A stretch of 64,000 bases of DNA from an uncultured virus (IMG/VR IMGVR_UViG_3300038345_000178) (IMGVR_UViG_3300038345_000178), one strand, 5' to 3'. Positions 12,875 through 23,416 are shown, counted from the first letter of the stretch. A program made the numbers and translations. The notes: generated by a model not told the origin, from the letters alone.

Positions 12875-13708
12875 ATGGATAAAATATATATAACAGCAGA
12901 CCCGCATGGTAATTACTTGCATTTAAGAAATATTCTTACAAATTCAAATATATCAATTATTAATTCTACAATGATTATATTAGGTGATTTTGGAGCCAAT
13001 TTTTATTTGGACAAAAGAGATGAAAAATTTAAATCGAAATTGGAAAATTTTGCTTCTACTTATAATATTAACTATTTTATAATTAGGGGCAATCACGAGC
13101 AACGTCCAAGTCTAATATACACACAATATCCAAATTTATGGTCAACTGAAAAATTTTGGAATGGTATAATAATGTATGAAAACAAATTTCCACATATAAA
13201 ATATGCAACAGACTATCCTTCTATTTATGAAATTCCAGTTGAAAACAAAATCTTTCAAACACTTGTATTGCCTGGTGCATATTCTGTTGATAAATATTAT
13301 AGATTATCAAATCATTGGAGCTGGTTTTCAGAAGAACAGTGTAATACAAAAGAACAAGAAATTGCATTAAAAATTATTGAAAACCAAAAAGATTGGAATT
13401 TAATATTATCTCATACCTGCCCAATATCATATGAACCTACTGATTTATTTCTTCCAATAATCGATCAAACAACAGTAGATAAAACAACTGAGCGGTGGCT
13501 GCAAAAAATTCAAAATAACATAAACTATGATTTATGGGCATGGGGACATTTTCATGAAAATCGTATTTATCCAATTCAAGAAAATAAAAATCATATTATG
13601 CTTTATAATGATTGTGTATTTGACTTAACTGCATTTTATAATAATATCCCTATCGAACAATGTTTTATTAAAACATTTGAAACAGCTAAAATAAATAATC
13701 TTAATTGA
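12875..13708 (+). CDS. Calcineurin-like metallophosphoesterase
   Basis: DPHG, GDFG, RGNHE, SHT and GHFH motifs. Confidence 0.85.
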   Translation: MDKIYITADPHGNYLHLRNILTNSNISIINSTMIILGDFGANFYLDKRDEKFKSKLENFASTYNINYFIIRGNHEQRPSLIYTQYPNLWSTEKFWNGIIMYENKFPHIKYATDYPSIYEIPVENKIFQTLVLPGAYSVDKYYRLSNHWSWFSEEQCNTKEQEIALKIIENQKDWNLILSHTCPISYEPTDLFLPIIDQTTVDKTTERWLQKIQNNINYDLWAWGHFHENRIYPIQENKNHIMLYNDCVFDLTAFYNNIPIEQCFIKTFETAKINNLN

Positions 13709-13769
13709 TTTTTTATAAAATTTATTATATAATATATACAGTAAAAAATAAAAAAGGAGGAATAATAAT

Positions 13770-15002
13770 ATGTTAAATAGCAAAGGTGAAAGAGAGCTTG
13801 CCTATCTTGTAAAAATTGATGATATAACCCCAATTAATGGTTATGATAGAGTTGAACTTGCTCATGTTGGCGGATGGACTATTGTTGTTGGAAAAAATGA
13901 ATTTAAAGCAGGAGATACCGCTATCTATTTTGAAATTGATTCTAAGCTTCCTGAGAAACCGCCTTTTTCTGATATGGATTTTCTTGTAAAAAAACATTAT
14001 AAAATTCAAACTCAAAAGATGTGCAAATCAATCTCTCAAGGGCTTTTGATGGCGGTTAATCAATTTCCTGGATGGGAAGTGCAAGTAGATGGTACTGTAT
14101 TAGATAATAATTCAGGAGATCATGGACTTCATACTTTTTATGGAGACAGCCGCTTCTTAACAAAAGATCTTGAAGTTACTTATGCAGTAGCAGAAGATAA
14201 CAAAAGAAAAGCAAGCTCTTTGGACAAGTACAAAAAAATGGCTCAGCGCCATCCAGTACTTTTTAAAAAGAAATTTATAAAATGGCTTATGAAACGAAAT
14301 TGGGGTAAAAAATTTCTCTTCTTCTTTTTTGGAAAGAAAAAAGATAAAAAAACTGGATGGCCTGCCTGGGTTCAAAAAACTGACGAAGAAAGAATTGAAA
14401 ATCTGCCTTTCTATTTTGGAACAAAAGATGCATGGATAGCAACTGAAAAAATTGATGGAACAAGCACAACTTTCACGCTCTTAAGAGGAAAAGGTTTATT
14501 TAAGAGAAATGAATTTTTCGTATGTTCAAGAAATGTGGTTTTTGATAAGCCTGACAAAAAATGCTTCTATGAATCTAATGTTTATACAGAAATGGCAGAG
14601 AAATATAATATTGAACAAAAACTGACTGACATTTTAAATGAGCACCCAGAATATGATTGGGTAACCATTCAGGGTGAGACTTATGGAGCCTCTATTCAAA
14701 AAAGAGATTATCATATGAAAGAACATGATTTTGCAGCTTTTAACTTTATTACCTCTACCGAAGGTAGATGGAACTCTATTAAAATGAAAAGTTATTTAAC
14801 TGCACATGGAGTGCCTTGTGTACCAATTATAAATGAAAGCTATGTACTTCCAGATAATCTTGAAACATTAAGAAATTATGTTAATAGAGAAAAATCAAAA
14901 ATAGATGGAGATATAAGAGAAGGCCTTGTTTTTCGTTCGCAAGATGGTAAAAAGTCTTTTAAGTGTGTATCTCCTGAATTTTTACTTAAATATCATGGAT
15001 AA
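13770..15002 (+). CDS. RNA ligase (Rnl2/DRB0094-like)
   Basis: N-terminal OB-like region (YFEIDS), KTDEERI, motif I TEKIDGTS, QGETYG, REGLVFR, FKCVSPEFLL. Confidence 0.85.
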   Translation: MLNSKGERELAYLVKIDDITPINGYDRVELAHVGGWTIVVGKNEFKAGDTAIYFEIDSKLPEKPPFSDMDFLVKKHYKIQTQKMCKSISQGLLMAVNQFPGWEVQVDGTVLDNNSGDHGLHTFYGDSRFLTKDLEVTYAVAEDNKRKASSLDKYKKMAQRHPVLFKKKFIKWLMKRNWGKKFLFFFFGKKKDKKTGWPAWVQKTDEERIENLPFYFGTKDAWIATEKIDGTSTTFTLLRGKGLFKRNEFFVCSRNVVFDKPDKKCFYESNVYTEMAEKYNIEQKLTDILNEHPEYDWVTIQGETYGASIQKRDYHMKEHDFAAFNFITSTEGRWNSIKMKSYLTAHGVPCVPIINESYVLPDNLETLRNYVNREKSKIDGDIREGLVFRSQDGKKSFKCVSPEFLLKYHG

Positions 15003-15007
15003 CAATA

Positions 15008-15044
15008 AACAAGGTGAGCATATAACATCTCACCTTGTTTTTTT
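15008..15044 (+). terminator. Intrinsic terminator overlapping the next promoter's -35
   Basis: AACAAGGTGAG...CTCACCTTGTT followed by a T-tract. Confidence 0.65.
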
Positions 15045-15094
15045 ATTAAAATTTTGTTATAATATATATAGTAAAAAAAAATAGAAAGGAAGTA

Positions 15095-15397
15095 TTGTAT
15101 ATGAATAATAAATTTATGATCAGTGACTTCTATTGCACAAAATGTGGACGCAAAGGAATTAATATTCCTAGAAAAGTAGGAAAATACAGAGAGGCAGGAC
15201 ACTTAAAAAATCTTTATTGTATTTATTGCAAATCTGAACAAAATCACATTGAAATCCGCCCATTCCATAGTGACTATAATTATGAAGATTTTCTACTTGA
15301 AATGAAATACCATAATTTTGATGAGAATGGCAATAGAAAAGAACCTTACCGCATTTTTAGAGGTCACTTAAAACAGGAGGGATTAATAGATGAGTAA
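15095..15397 (+). CDS. Small Zn-ribbon protein (two CxxC, ribosomal L33-like pattern)
   Basis: FYCTKCG...HLKNLYCIYCK. Start may be ATG 15101. Confidence 0.6.
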   Translation: MYMNNKFMISDFYCTKCGRKGINIPRKVGKYREAGHLKNLYCIYCKSEQNHIEIRPFHSDYNYEDFLLEMKYHNFDENGNRKEPYRIFRGHLKQEGLIDE

Positions 15398-15890
15398 ATT
15401 ATTTATCATGTGCGGCTGGCCTGCATCTGGAAAATCAACTTTTATAAATAAATATGCAGCAGATAAGACTAATGCTGTTGTAATCTCAAGAGATAAAATT
15501 CGTTTCTCTTTATTAAAAGAGGGCGATGAATATTTTAAATATGAGCCTATTGTTGAAGAAATGTTTTATATGGGCATCTCAAAAGCATTAGCTCTTGGTT
15601 TTGATGTTTTTGCAGATCAATCTTCTATTTCTGTTGCGGCGAGACGTAAACTCATTAATAGAGTATCTGGATATACAGAAATTAATGCTATTTGGGTATA
15701 TGCTCCAATTGAAGATTGTATTACAAGAGATGCAGCAAGAGAAGGAAGGGCAAAGGTAGGAGAAGCTGTTATAAGAAATATGGCAGAAAAATTTGTAGAA
15801 CCTTCATTTCAAGAAAAATTCTCCAATATATATAAATACATCACAAATGAAAATTTATTATTTATCACAAGAAAGGATGATAGTAATTGA
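15390..15890 (+). CDS. Polynucleotide kinase-like P-loop protein (AAA_33)
   Basis: GWPASGKST, SRDKIR, RDAAREG lid motif. Confidence 0.8.
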   Translation: MSKLFIMCGWPASGKSTFINKYAADKTNAVVISRDKIRFSLLKEGDEYFKYEPIVEEMFYMGISKALALGFDVFADQSSISVAARRKLINRVSGYTEINAIWVYAPIEDCITRDAAREGRAKVGEAVIRNMAEKFVEPSFQEKFSNIYKYITNENLLFITRKDDSN

Positions 15891-16459
15891 GTGAAATATG
15901 GCTTATTTCTGATACTCATTTTGGACATAATAGAGATTTTATTCTTAATCCAAGAAAATTTTCTTCAGTTGAAGAGATGGATGCTGCAATTATCGAAAGA
16001 TGGAACTCTATTGTTAATAAAGATGATATTGTCTATCATCTTGGCGATTTTATTATGGGAGACCTTACAGATGGATTAAATAAAATTCGTCAACTTAATG
16101 GGAACATTAAACTGGCAATAGGGAATCATGATACCGAAAATCGTTTAAATGAATTTATAAGACTTTCTAATATTGAAGATATTCAATTTGGATATCGCAT
16201 TAAAGAAGGTAAAAAAACTTTTTTATTATCGCACTACCCCCAATTAACAGGAAATTATGATAATAGTAAAACATATTCAATACATGGGCATACACACTCT
16301 TTAACAAGATTTGGGAAACCTGAAGATGATTTTCATAACTTAATGTATAATGTAAGCTGTGAAGCGATTAATTGTCAACCGCTAAATTGGGTTGATATGA
16401 AACTTGAAATTATGACTAAACAACTTGAATGGGCAAAAGAAGTTAAAAATAAATCTTGA
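15887..16459 (+). CDS. Metallophosphoesterase (calcineurin-like)
   Basis: SDTHFGH, HLGD, GNHD, SHYP and HGHTH motifs. Confidence 0.85.
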   Translation: MSEIWLISDTHFGHNRDFILNPRKFSSVEEMDAAIIERWNSIVNKDDIVYHLGDFIMGDLTDGLNKIRQLNGNIKLAIGNHDTENRLNEFIRLSNIEDIQFGYRIKEGKKTFLLSHYPQLTGNYDNSKTYSIHGHTHSLTRFGKPEDDFHNLMYNVSCEAINCQPLNWVDMKLEIMTKQLEWAKEVKNKS

Positions 16460-16467
16460 TTTTTTAT
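16431..16467 (+). promoter_or_regulatory. Candidate late-promoter motif upstream of holin/endolysin
   Basis: GGGCAA-N24-TTTTTAT. Confidence 0.55.
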
Positions 16468-16509
16468 AATTTGTAGGAGAATAAATATTTTCTCCTACAA
16501 ATTTTTTTT
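16468..16509 (+). terminator. Hairpin plus T-tract immediately upstream of the holin
   Basis: AATTTGTAGGAGAA...TTCTCCTACAAATT followed by a T run. Confidence 0.6.
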
Positions 16510-16527
16510 ATGTTTGGAGGTCACAAT

Positions 16528-16749
16528 ATGAATAAACTATTATCAAAAGAATGGTGGCAGGCGGCAGGTACAAGAGCAATCAAAACTTTTGCTCAAACTT
16601 TTGTCGGTTCTATTGCGGTTGGCATGGCAATTAGTGAAATTAATTGGCTAACTGTAGCTTCTGTAGCTGGAGTGTCCGCAATTTTAAGTTTATGTACTTC
16701 TATTGCAGGCCTTCCTGAAATTAAGGAAGAAAAGGAGGAGAAAGAATAA
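16528..16749 (+). CDS. Holin (r1t-like)
   Basis: GGAGG RBS before ATG 16528; WWQAAGTRAIKTFAQT motif, two hydrophobic segments, charged C-terminal tail; adjacent to the endolysin. Confidence 0.85.
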   Translation: MNKLLSKEWWQAAGTRAIKTFAQTFVGSIAVGMAISEINWLTVASVAGVSAILSLCTSIAGLPEIKEEKEEKE

Positions 16750-18350
16750 TGTTAAAAGGTATTGATGTATCATATGCAAATGGTGCTATTGATTGGTCTC
16801 AAGTCAGAAAAAATATCGATTTTGCTATAATCCGCAGCACATTTGGTTTAGATTTACCAAGTCAAACAGATAGATTTTTTACACAAAATGCAGATGGATG
16901 TGTAAAATATAATATTCCATTTGGAATTTATCATTTTGCTTATTTTACTGATAAACAATCAGCAATAAAATAGGCAGATTTTGCTATAAAAAAGGCAAAT
17001 CTATATAAAAATCATGTTAAATTTATTGCGCTTGATATCGAAGAAGATTCTGTGCGATATGCTAAAAGTGTATTAGGCGGGAAAACACCTGACTACACAG
17101 AATGTGCCACTACTTTTTTAGAGAGAGTAAAGGCGGCCGGTTATACTCCTGTATTATACACTAATTATAGTTGGATTGTTAGTGTATATAATTATGAAAA
17201 ATTAAAAGGATATAAATTATGGTACGCAGCTCCAGACGCTTCTGCACCAAAATATAATCCAACAATTTGGCAATATAGTTGGGAAGGAAAAATTTCTGGT
17301 ATTTCGGGCGATGTTGATATGGACTATCTTTATGATGAATCACTTATTAAAAAGAAAACCACTACCACAACAACCACAACAACCACAACAACCACAACTA
17401 CTACTACAACAACAGTAAATGATAGAGATAAATTCTTAAAACAGGCAAAAACTTATATTGGTTGTAGCGGTTATGATGTATGTATTAAAAAATTAGCAAT
17501 AGGCGCAGTTTACGATTGGTGCGCTTTTTCTGTTTCATCAATTATGAAAGATTGCGGTTTTATAGGAAAATATATTAACGCAATTCAAGGCGGTGCTGGT
17601 GATATTCCTCGTTATAGCGATGGAAAATATGGTACTTGGTTTGCAAAAGGAACAAAAGCCCCACAAGCTGGAGATTTAATTTTCTTTAGATATGCAGGTG
17701 TAGTTCCTACTGATAAATACTTTAGTTCTCATGTTGGCATTGTCGAGGCAGTAAATGGTAATACATTAACAACGCTTGAAGGAAATGTAGAAGGTCAAAA
17801 CGGAAATTGGGCAGCTACATCTACATTCAAAAGGAAAACTAGATATTTAAATAGTTCTGATGTATATGCGTTTTATCGCCCAAATTGGAAAAATACAACA
17901 ACAACTACCACAAGTAATACTTCTACTTCTGCCTCTACTTCATCTACAATAGATGTAATCTATCAGGTATACGCAGGCGGTAAATGGCTCCCTGAAGTAA
18001 AAAATCTTGAAGATTACGCGGGACTTGAAAATAAACCCATTCAAGGAATTTATATGAAGCCAACGAAAGGTCATTTAAAATATCGTGTAAAATTAATTGG
18101 TAGTCAAAATTATTTGCCTTGGGTTATTGATAAAAACGATTATGCAGGTATTCTTGGTAAAAACATTGATTGCGTACAGGTTGAATTAATTGATTGTGAA
18201 GGATATATTGCACAATATAGAGTTTCTACAACATCTTCAACAAATTATTTAAATTGGATTACTGGTTATAACACAAATAACGATATGGGCTATGCAGGAA
18301 TTGTCAATAAACCAATAGATAAACTTCAAATTAAAATCATTAAAAAATAA
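16749..18350 (+). CDS. Modular endolysin: GH25 muramidase + poly-Thr linker + CHAP + C-terminal DYAG-repeat binding domain; single TAG at 16971-16973
   Basis: GIDVSY, ALDIEE, WQYSW...GDVDMD (GH25); WCAF...HVGIV...EGN (CHAP). Track ORFs 16749..16973 and 17052..18350 are in one frame, separated only by TAG. Confidence 0.9.
17358..17414 (+). repeat. Poly-Thr (19 codons) linker built from ACCACAACA units
   Basis: Read directly from the sequence. Confidence 0.9.
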
Positions 18351-18355
18351 ACTGT

Positions 18356-18398
18356 AAAATGATTATTTAGCAACTTCGTTGCTAAATAATCATTTTTT
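18356..18398 (+). terminator. Terminator after the endolysin
   Basis: AAAATGATTATTTAGCAAC-TTCG-TTGCTAAATAATCATTTT hairpin. Confidence 0.8.
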
Positions 18399-18454
18399 GA
18401 TTTAATTAAAAATATATATTATAATATATTATATAATTAAAGGAGGAATAATCT

Positions 18455-18952
18455 ATGTTACATATATATACCGATGGTTCGGCAAGAAAGCATGGACAAA
18501 TTGGTGGTTATGGTATAGTAATTTTTGATAATAATAATAATAATTTAATTGATGCTTATAGAGGTACTGTTGAAAATACAACCAATAACCGCATGGAATT
18601 GTCTGCTATTTTAAAAGTTTTTGAATTATTAAATACAAAATATAAAAATCAACAAGCAACAATATATTCAGATTCTGCATATTGTATAAACGCACTCTCC
18701 TCTTGGATATATACTTGGTCAAAAAATAACTGGAAAAATAGTAAAAATATTACTATTGAAAATTATGATCTTTTTCTTAATCTCTATAAATATTATAACA
18801 TAGATTTTTTTATGTGTCAAGTTAATTTTGAAAAAGTCAACAGTCATTCAGGAATCATTGGAAATGAACTTGCAGATGCTTTGGCGACAGAAAATTCAAT
18901 AAAATTTTCAGATATTATTATTCATAATAAGGTTCACATCGAACTTATTTGA
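18455..18952 (+). CDS. rnhA: Ribonuclease HI
   Basis: YTDGS, TTNNRMEL, YSDSAY, HSGIIGNELADALA. Confidence 0.92.
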   Translation: MLHIYTDGSARKHGQIGGYGIVIFDNNNNNLIDAYRGTVENTTNNRMELSAILKVFELLNTKYKNQQATIYSDSAYCINALSSWIYTWSKNNWKNSKNITIENYDLFLNLYKYYNIDFFMCQVNFEKVNSHSGIIGNELADALATENSIKFSDIIIHNKVHIELI

Positions 18953-19005
18953 AAAATTTGAAATTTTTTGATATAATATAATATATAAATAAGGAGGGAA
19001 AAAGA

Positions 19006-20919
19006 ATGAGTAAAAAACTTTATGATGAAGATTCAATTCAGAGTTTATCACCATTAGAATTTACACGTTTAAGACCTGGAGTCTATTGTGGTTCTACTGA
19101 ATATTCTACTCAACTTGTAATAGAAATTGTTTCTAATGCTATTGATGAGTTTAAAGCGGGCCATGGTAATTTAATAGAAGTAAAAATTGATACAATTGGA
19201 GAAATTAGCTACATGGTCCGTGATTTTGGACAGGGCTTTTTGGTTAACTCACTAAGAGAAGATGGAAAAACTGTTTTACAAGCTGCATTTGATACATTAA
19301 ATACATCAGGAAAGTTTTCTGATGATGGTGTATATGAAGGAACCGCTCTTGGTTTAAATGGTATTGGTTGTAAACTTGTAAATTTTCTATCTCATAAAAT
19401 GGAAGTTGAAACTTTCAGAGATGGAATGACAGAAAGTATCTTCTTTGAAGAAGGCGTTTTTGTTAATAGAAAGGTTGATAAAACAAAAGAACCGTCTGGT
19501 ACGTATGTAAGATGGCAGCCTTCAGAAGAATTTTTTACACATCAAAATGCGGATTTTAACAAACTTAGAGAATTATTTCATATTCTTGTTTGTTTATGCC
19601 CTGGACTGACTATTGAATTAACAATAGACAATAAAAAAGAAAGTTTTACATCAAAAAATGGTCTTAATGATTTAGTTGATGATGCAGTTAAAGATACTGA
19701 AATTATTAATTCTCGTATGAATTTAAATTTTGATGCAGGTAAAAATAAACTTGATATGGTTCTTACTTATACATCAAAATATTCATTAAATATGGTTTCA
19801 TATGTTAATACAGGTGAAACAGATTCAGGTCCTCATATTACTCAAATAAAGACTATTATAACAAGGGAGTTCAATAAATTTTTTACAGAAAAGAAATGGT
19901 TAAAGGAGAAAGATGAACGTTTAAGTGGCGATGATATTCAAGAGGGAATGTTTATTGCATTTAATTTAACCGCTCCTGGAATATCATATGACGCACAAAC
20001 AAAATCAAGAATTGTAAAAATTGATATGTCTCCATTTACATCTGCAATTTCGACTTCTTTAAGAAAATGGTTTGAATCAAATGAAAAAGATATTAAATTA
20101 ATTTTTGAAAAAGCGTCCGCCGCCCGAAAAGCAAGAGATGCTGCAAAAAAGGCAAGAGACAAAGCAAGAGAACAAACAAAAGAAAAAAAGAACAAACTTC
20201 TTAATTTACCTACCAAACTAGTAGACGCAAATAGTAAAAATCGCTTACAGTGTGAATTATTTATATGCGAAGGTGACAGTGCCGCCGGGGGGCTTATCGA
20301 GGCAAGAGATCCTGAAATTGTGGGAGTTTTTCCTATTAGGGGTAAAATGATTAACGCTTATAAAAATAATAATGATAAAGTAATGGCAAATGCAGAAATT
20401 AATAATTTAATAAAAGCGCTAGGTCTTGATTTAAACCCTAAAACAGGTAAGCTAATTTATGATAAAAATAAACTAAGATATGGGAAAATTTTTACTGCTT
20501 GCGATGCAGACCCAGATGGACAAGCAATAAAAAATCTTATCATGTTAAATATTTGGTCTTTATGTCCTGAATTAATACTAAATGGACATATGTGGATCAC
20601 TATTCCTCCTTTGTATAGAATTACAAAAGGAAAAGATACATACATTTATTTAAAAGACGACAAAGAATTAGCTGTATATAAAGAACAGCATAAAAATGAG
20701 AAATATTTAATCAATAGAAATAAGGGATTAGGAGAACAGAATTGCGAAGAACTTGAACCCGCAATTTTAAACCCTAAAACAAGAAATGTCGCTCAAATAG
20801 TCGTTGATTCATATGAAGAAGCGGAAAAAATGTTTGAGCTACTTCTTGGAACATCAGTCCCTCCTCGTAGAAAATGGCTTCTTGAGCACTCAGAAGAAGC
20901 TACTGATAATATATGGTAA
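19006..20919 (+). CDS. Type IIA topoisomerase subunit B (GyrB/ParE-like)
   Basis: RLRPGVYCGS, EIVSNAIDE, GLNGIG, EGDSA, PIRGK, DADPDG, KGLGE. Confidence 0.92.
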   Translation: MSKKLYDEDSIQSLSPLEFTRLRPGVYCGSTEYSTQLVIEIVSNAIDEFKAGHGNLIEVKIDTIGEISYMVRDFGQGFLVNSLREDGKTVLQAAFDTLNTSGKFSDDGVYEGTALGLNGIGCKLVNFLSHKMEVETFRDGMTESIFFEEGVFVNRKVDKTKEPSGTYVRWQPSEEFFTHQNADFNKLRELFHILVCLCPGLTIELTIDNKKESFTSKNGLNDLVDDAVKDTEIINSRMNLNFDAGKNKLDMVLTYTSKYSLNMVSYVNTGETDSGPHITQIKTIITREFNKFFTEKKWLKEKDERLSGDDIQEGMFIAFNLTAPGISYDAQTKSRIVKIDMSPFTSAISTSLRKWFESNEKDIKLIFEKASAARKARDAAKKARDKAREQTKEKKNKLLNLPTKLVDANSKNRLQCELFICEGDSAAGGLIEARDPEIVGVFPIRGKMINAYKNNNDKVMANAEINNLIKALGLDLNPKTGKLIYDKNKLRYGKIFTACDADPDGQAIKNLIMLNIWSLCPELILNGHMWITIPPLYRITKGKDTYIYLKDDKELAVYKEQHKNEKYLINRNKGLGEQNCEELEPAILNPKTRNVAQIVVDSYEEAEKMFELLLGTSVPPRRKWLLEHSEEATDNIW

Positions 20920-20937
20920 AAGGAGGAGTTATACACA

Positions 20938-23301
20938 ATGGAAAACAAAAGAAACTTATGTAATGAATTAGGTCAAAATTTTATAGACTTTTCTTATGAG
21001 ACAAACTCATGCAGAGCGTTTGCGGACGCAAGAGATGGATTAAAGCCAGGACAAAGAGCGTGTTTGTGGGAAATGTATCATAAAAAATACACTTCTAACA
21101 AACCTCATGTTAAAAGCGCCAAAATTGCAGGAGGAGTTACTGGAACCTGGTGGCCACATGGTGATGTTGCTATTTATGACACTTTTACTAGAATGTCACA
21201 GAAATGGATCAATAACATTCCTGAAGTTGACTGGCATGGAAATAATGGTTCTCAGATTATTCCTGATGCTGCAGCTGCCGCCAGATATACAGAAGCAAGA
21301 TTGTCTAAAATTGTTGAAGAAGGTATGTTTAGAGGAATTGAAAAGCATATAGTCAATATGATTCCTAATTATTCAGAAGATGAAGAGTGGCCTGAGGTGC
21401 TTCCCGCAATTTTCCCTCGTTTAATTATAAATGGATGTCAAGGAATTGGTAGCACATTAGCAAATGTCTGGTTGCCTCATAACTTGCAAGAAATTGGACA
21501 GGTTTTGTTTAACTATATAGATAATAAAAATATTGATTATGATATTATTTTCCCTGATTTTCCAACTGGAGGACTTATTATTAATAAAAACGAAGTCTCT
21601 CAAATTTATAAAACTGGAAAAGGAAAAGTTGTTCTTCGTGCTAGATCTGAGATTAAAGATAACCATATTATTTTTAATGAATTGCCTTATCAAGTATTCC
21701 TTGAGCCTTTAATTGAAAAAATTAAAGCGCTTGCACTTTCTAATGAAATAGAAGGAATTGAAGCAGTATACAATAGAAGTAGTAAAACTGGTATTCAGTT
21801 AGATATTGAATGTTCTATTGGCTTTGCCCCTACAATTATTCTACAACAGTTATATAAAAAGACTGATTTACAGAAAAATTACAATGCAAATCAATGGGCT
21901 TTGGTAGGAAAAACTCCTCAATTTTTAACATTAAAAGAATATTTTGATATTTATATACGACATAATGTTGAATGTATTTTAAAAGAAGTTCAATATGATT
22001 TACAAAAGGCATTAAATAGAAAAGAAATAGTAGAAGGACTTCTTAAAGCTATTGCAAATATTGATGATATTATCACTTTAATTAAAAAGAGTGAATCAGC
22101 CTCAACCGCAAAAGAAGCTCTAATAAAGAAATATCAATTTACAGAAAATCAAGCTAAGGCTATTTTGGCTATGAGACTTTCAAGTCTCGCAAAGTTAGAA
22201 GGAATTGAACTTAACAATGAAAAAACGGAGCTTGATAATAATATTCAAAAATATAACAATATTATTAGTAACGAGAGTGAGCAAATTAATATTTTAAAAA
22301 CTCGACTCGCAGCGCTAATTAACAAATATGGTAGTGTTCGTAAAACTGAACTTGCTCAAATTGATATAAAGCCAGAAGAAAAAATCATTGAAGAAGTTAT
22401 TCCTGAAGATGTTGTAGTAATTCTTTCTCAAACAGGTTTAATTAAAAGAGTCCCAACCAATAGCTTTAAAGTTCAAAGAAAAAATGGTAAAGGCATAAAA
22501 ACAAAAGATGAAGCTATAATGTCAACAATTTCAACAAATACTACTGACAATCTTTTCTTATTTACCAAAAAAGGAAAAATGTTTAAAATTATTGTTGATG
22601 ATATCCCCGCAGGTACAAATACATCAAAAGGCGTTCATGTGAATACATTAATAAAAATAGATACAGATGATGAAGTTATGGCAATTACTTCATTGGCATA
22701 TGGCAATACAGCAAAATACGTAGTATTTTTTACAAAACAAGGCTTAATGAAAAAAACTTTATTTGAAGAATACGTTAAAACAAAAAAAGGAACGGGTATT
22801 GCTGCAATTAAAATAAATGATAATGATTCTATTGTTAATGTTGCCTTTATTAATGAAGAACAAATTTTAGTTGTAACTAAAAATGGTATGTCAATTCGTT
22901 TTGAATCTAAGTTTGTAAATCCTGTTGGGCGAATTGCGGCGGGAGTAAAAACAATAAAATTAGATGAAAACGATGAAGTTATAGCAGGGTTGCCAATACA
23001 ATCTGAAACTGATGAGGCTGTAATTATATCTACAACAGGGTATGGCAAAAAAGTTTCAATTAAAGACTTCACTTTACAAAATAGAGCAGGAAAAGGTATT
23101 ATGATTTATAGACCTTCTACCGCATATGGAACTGTTATTGGAGTGACCATTCTTAAAAAGGATGATGTAACAGGCAAAATTTTATTAATAGGTCAACCCA
23201 ATTCTATATGTGTTTCTTCTACAGATTTGCCGCTATTAAGTAGAATAAGTTTTGGTAATATTATTTTAAAATCTAATATTAAATCGGTAGTGAAAATATA
23301 A
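20938..23301 (+). CDS. Type IIA topoisomerase subunit A (GyrA/ParC-like) with beta-pinwheel CTD
   Basis: DGLKPGQR, PHGD, AAARYTE (catalytic Tyr), PDFPTGG, QRKNGKG. Confidence 0.92.
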   Translation: MENKRNLCNELGQNFIDFSYETNSCRAFADARDGLKPGQRACLWEMYHKKYTSNKPHVKSAKIAGGVTGTWWPHGDVAIYDTFTRMSQKWINNIPEVDWHGNNGSQIIPDAAAAARYTEARLSKIVEEGMFRGIEKHIVNMIPNYSEDEEWPEVLPAIFPRLIINGCQGIGSTLANVWLPHNLQEIGQVLFNYIDNKNIDYDIIFPDFPTGGLIINKNEVSQIYKTGKGKVVLRARSEIKDNHIIFNELPYQVFLEPLIEKIKALALSNEIEGIEAVYNRSSKTGIQLDIECSIGFAPTIILQQLYKKTDLQKNYNANQWALVGKTPQFLTLKEYFDIYIRHNVECILKEVQYDLQKALNRKEIVEGLLKAIANIDDIITLIKKSESASTAKEALIKKYQFTENQAKAILAMRLSSLAKLEGIELNNEKTELDNNIQKYNNIISNESEQINILKTRLAALINKYGSVRKTELAQIDIKPEEKIIEEVIPEDVVVILSQTGLIKRVPTNSFKVQRKNGKGIKTKDEAIMSTISTNTTDNLFLFTKKGKMFKIIVDDIPAGTNTSKGVHVNTLIKIDTDDEVMAITSLAYGNTAKYVVFFTKQGLMKKTLFEEYVKTKKGTGIAAIKINDNDSIVNVAFINEEQILVVTKNGMSIRFESKFVNPVGRIAAGVKTIKLDENDEVIAGLPIQSETDEAVIISTTGYGKKVSIKDFTLQNRAGKGIMIYRPSTAYGTVIGVTILKKDDVTGKILLIGQPNSICVSSTDLPLLSRISFGNIILKSNIKSVVKI

Positions 23302-23383
23302 TGAATAAATTCATTATATGTCCTAATTGTCAAAATAAAATGAAATTTTATTTTGATGAATGGGGGTAAATATATAATAAATA

Positions 23384-23416
23384 AAGCAGGAGCGTAAGGC
23401 TCCTGCTTGCTTTTTA
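23384..23416 (+). terminator. Intrinsic terminator
   Basis: AGCAGGAGC-GTAAG-GCTCCTGCT, then a T-rich run. Confidence 0.65.

Noticed and set aside
16510..16527. Holin start at 16510 (dual-start regulation)
   Set aside because: The GGAGG RBS lies downstream of that ATG and fits ATG 16528; the only upstream AGGAG is distant and inside a hairpin.
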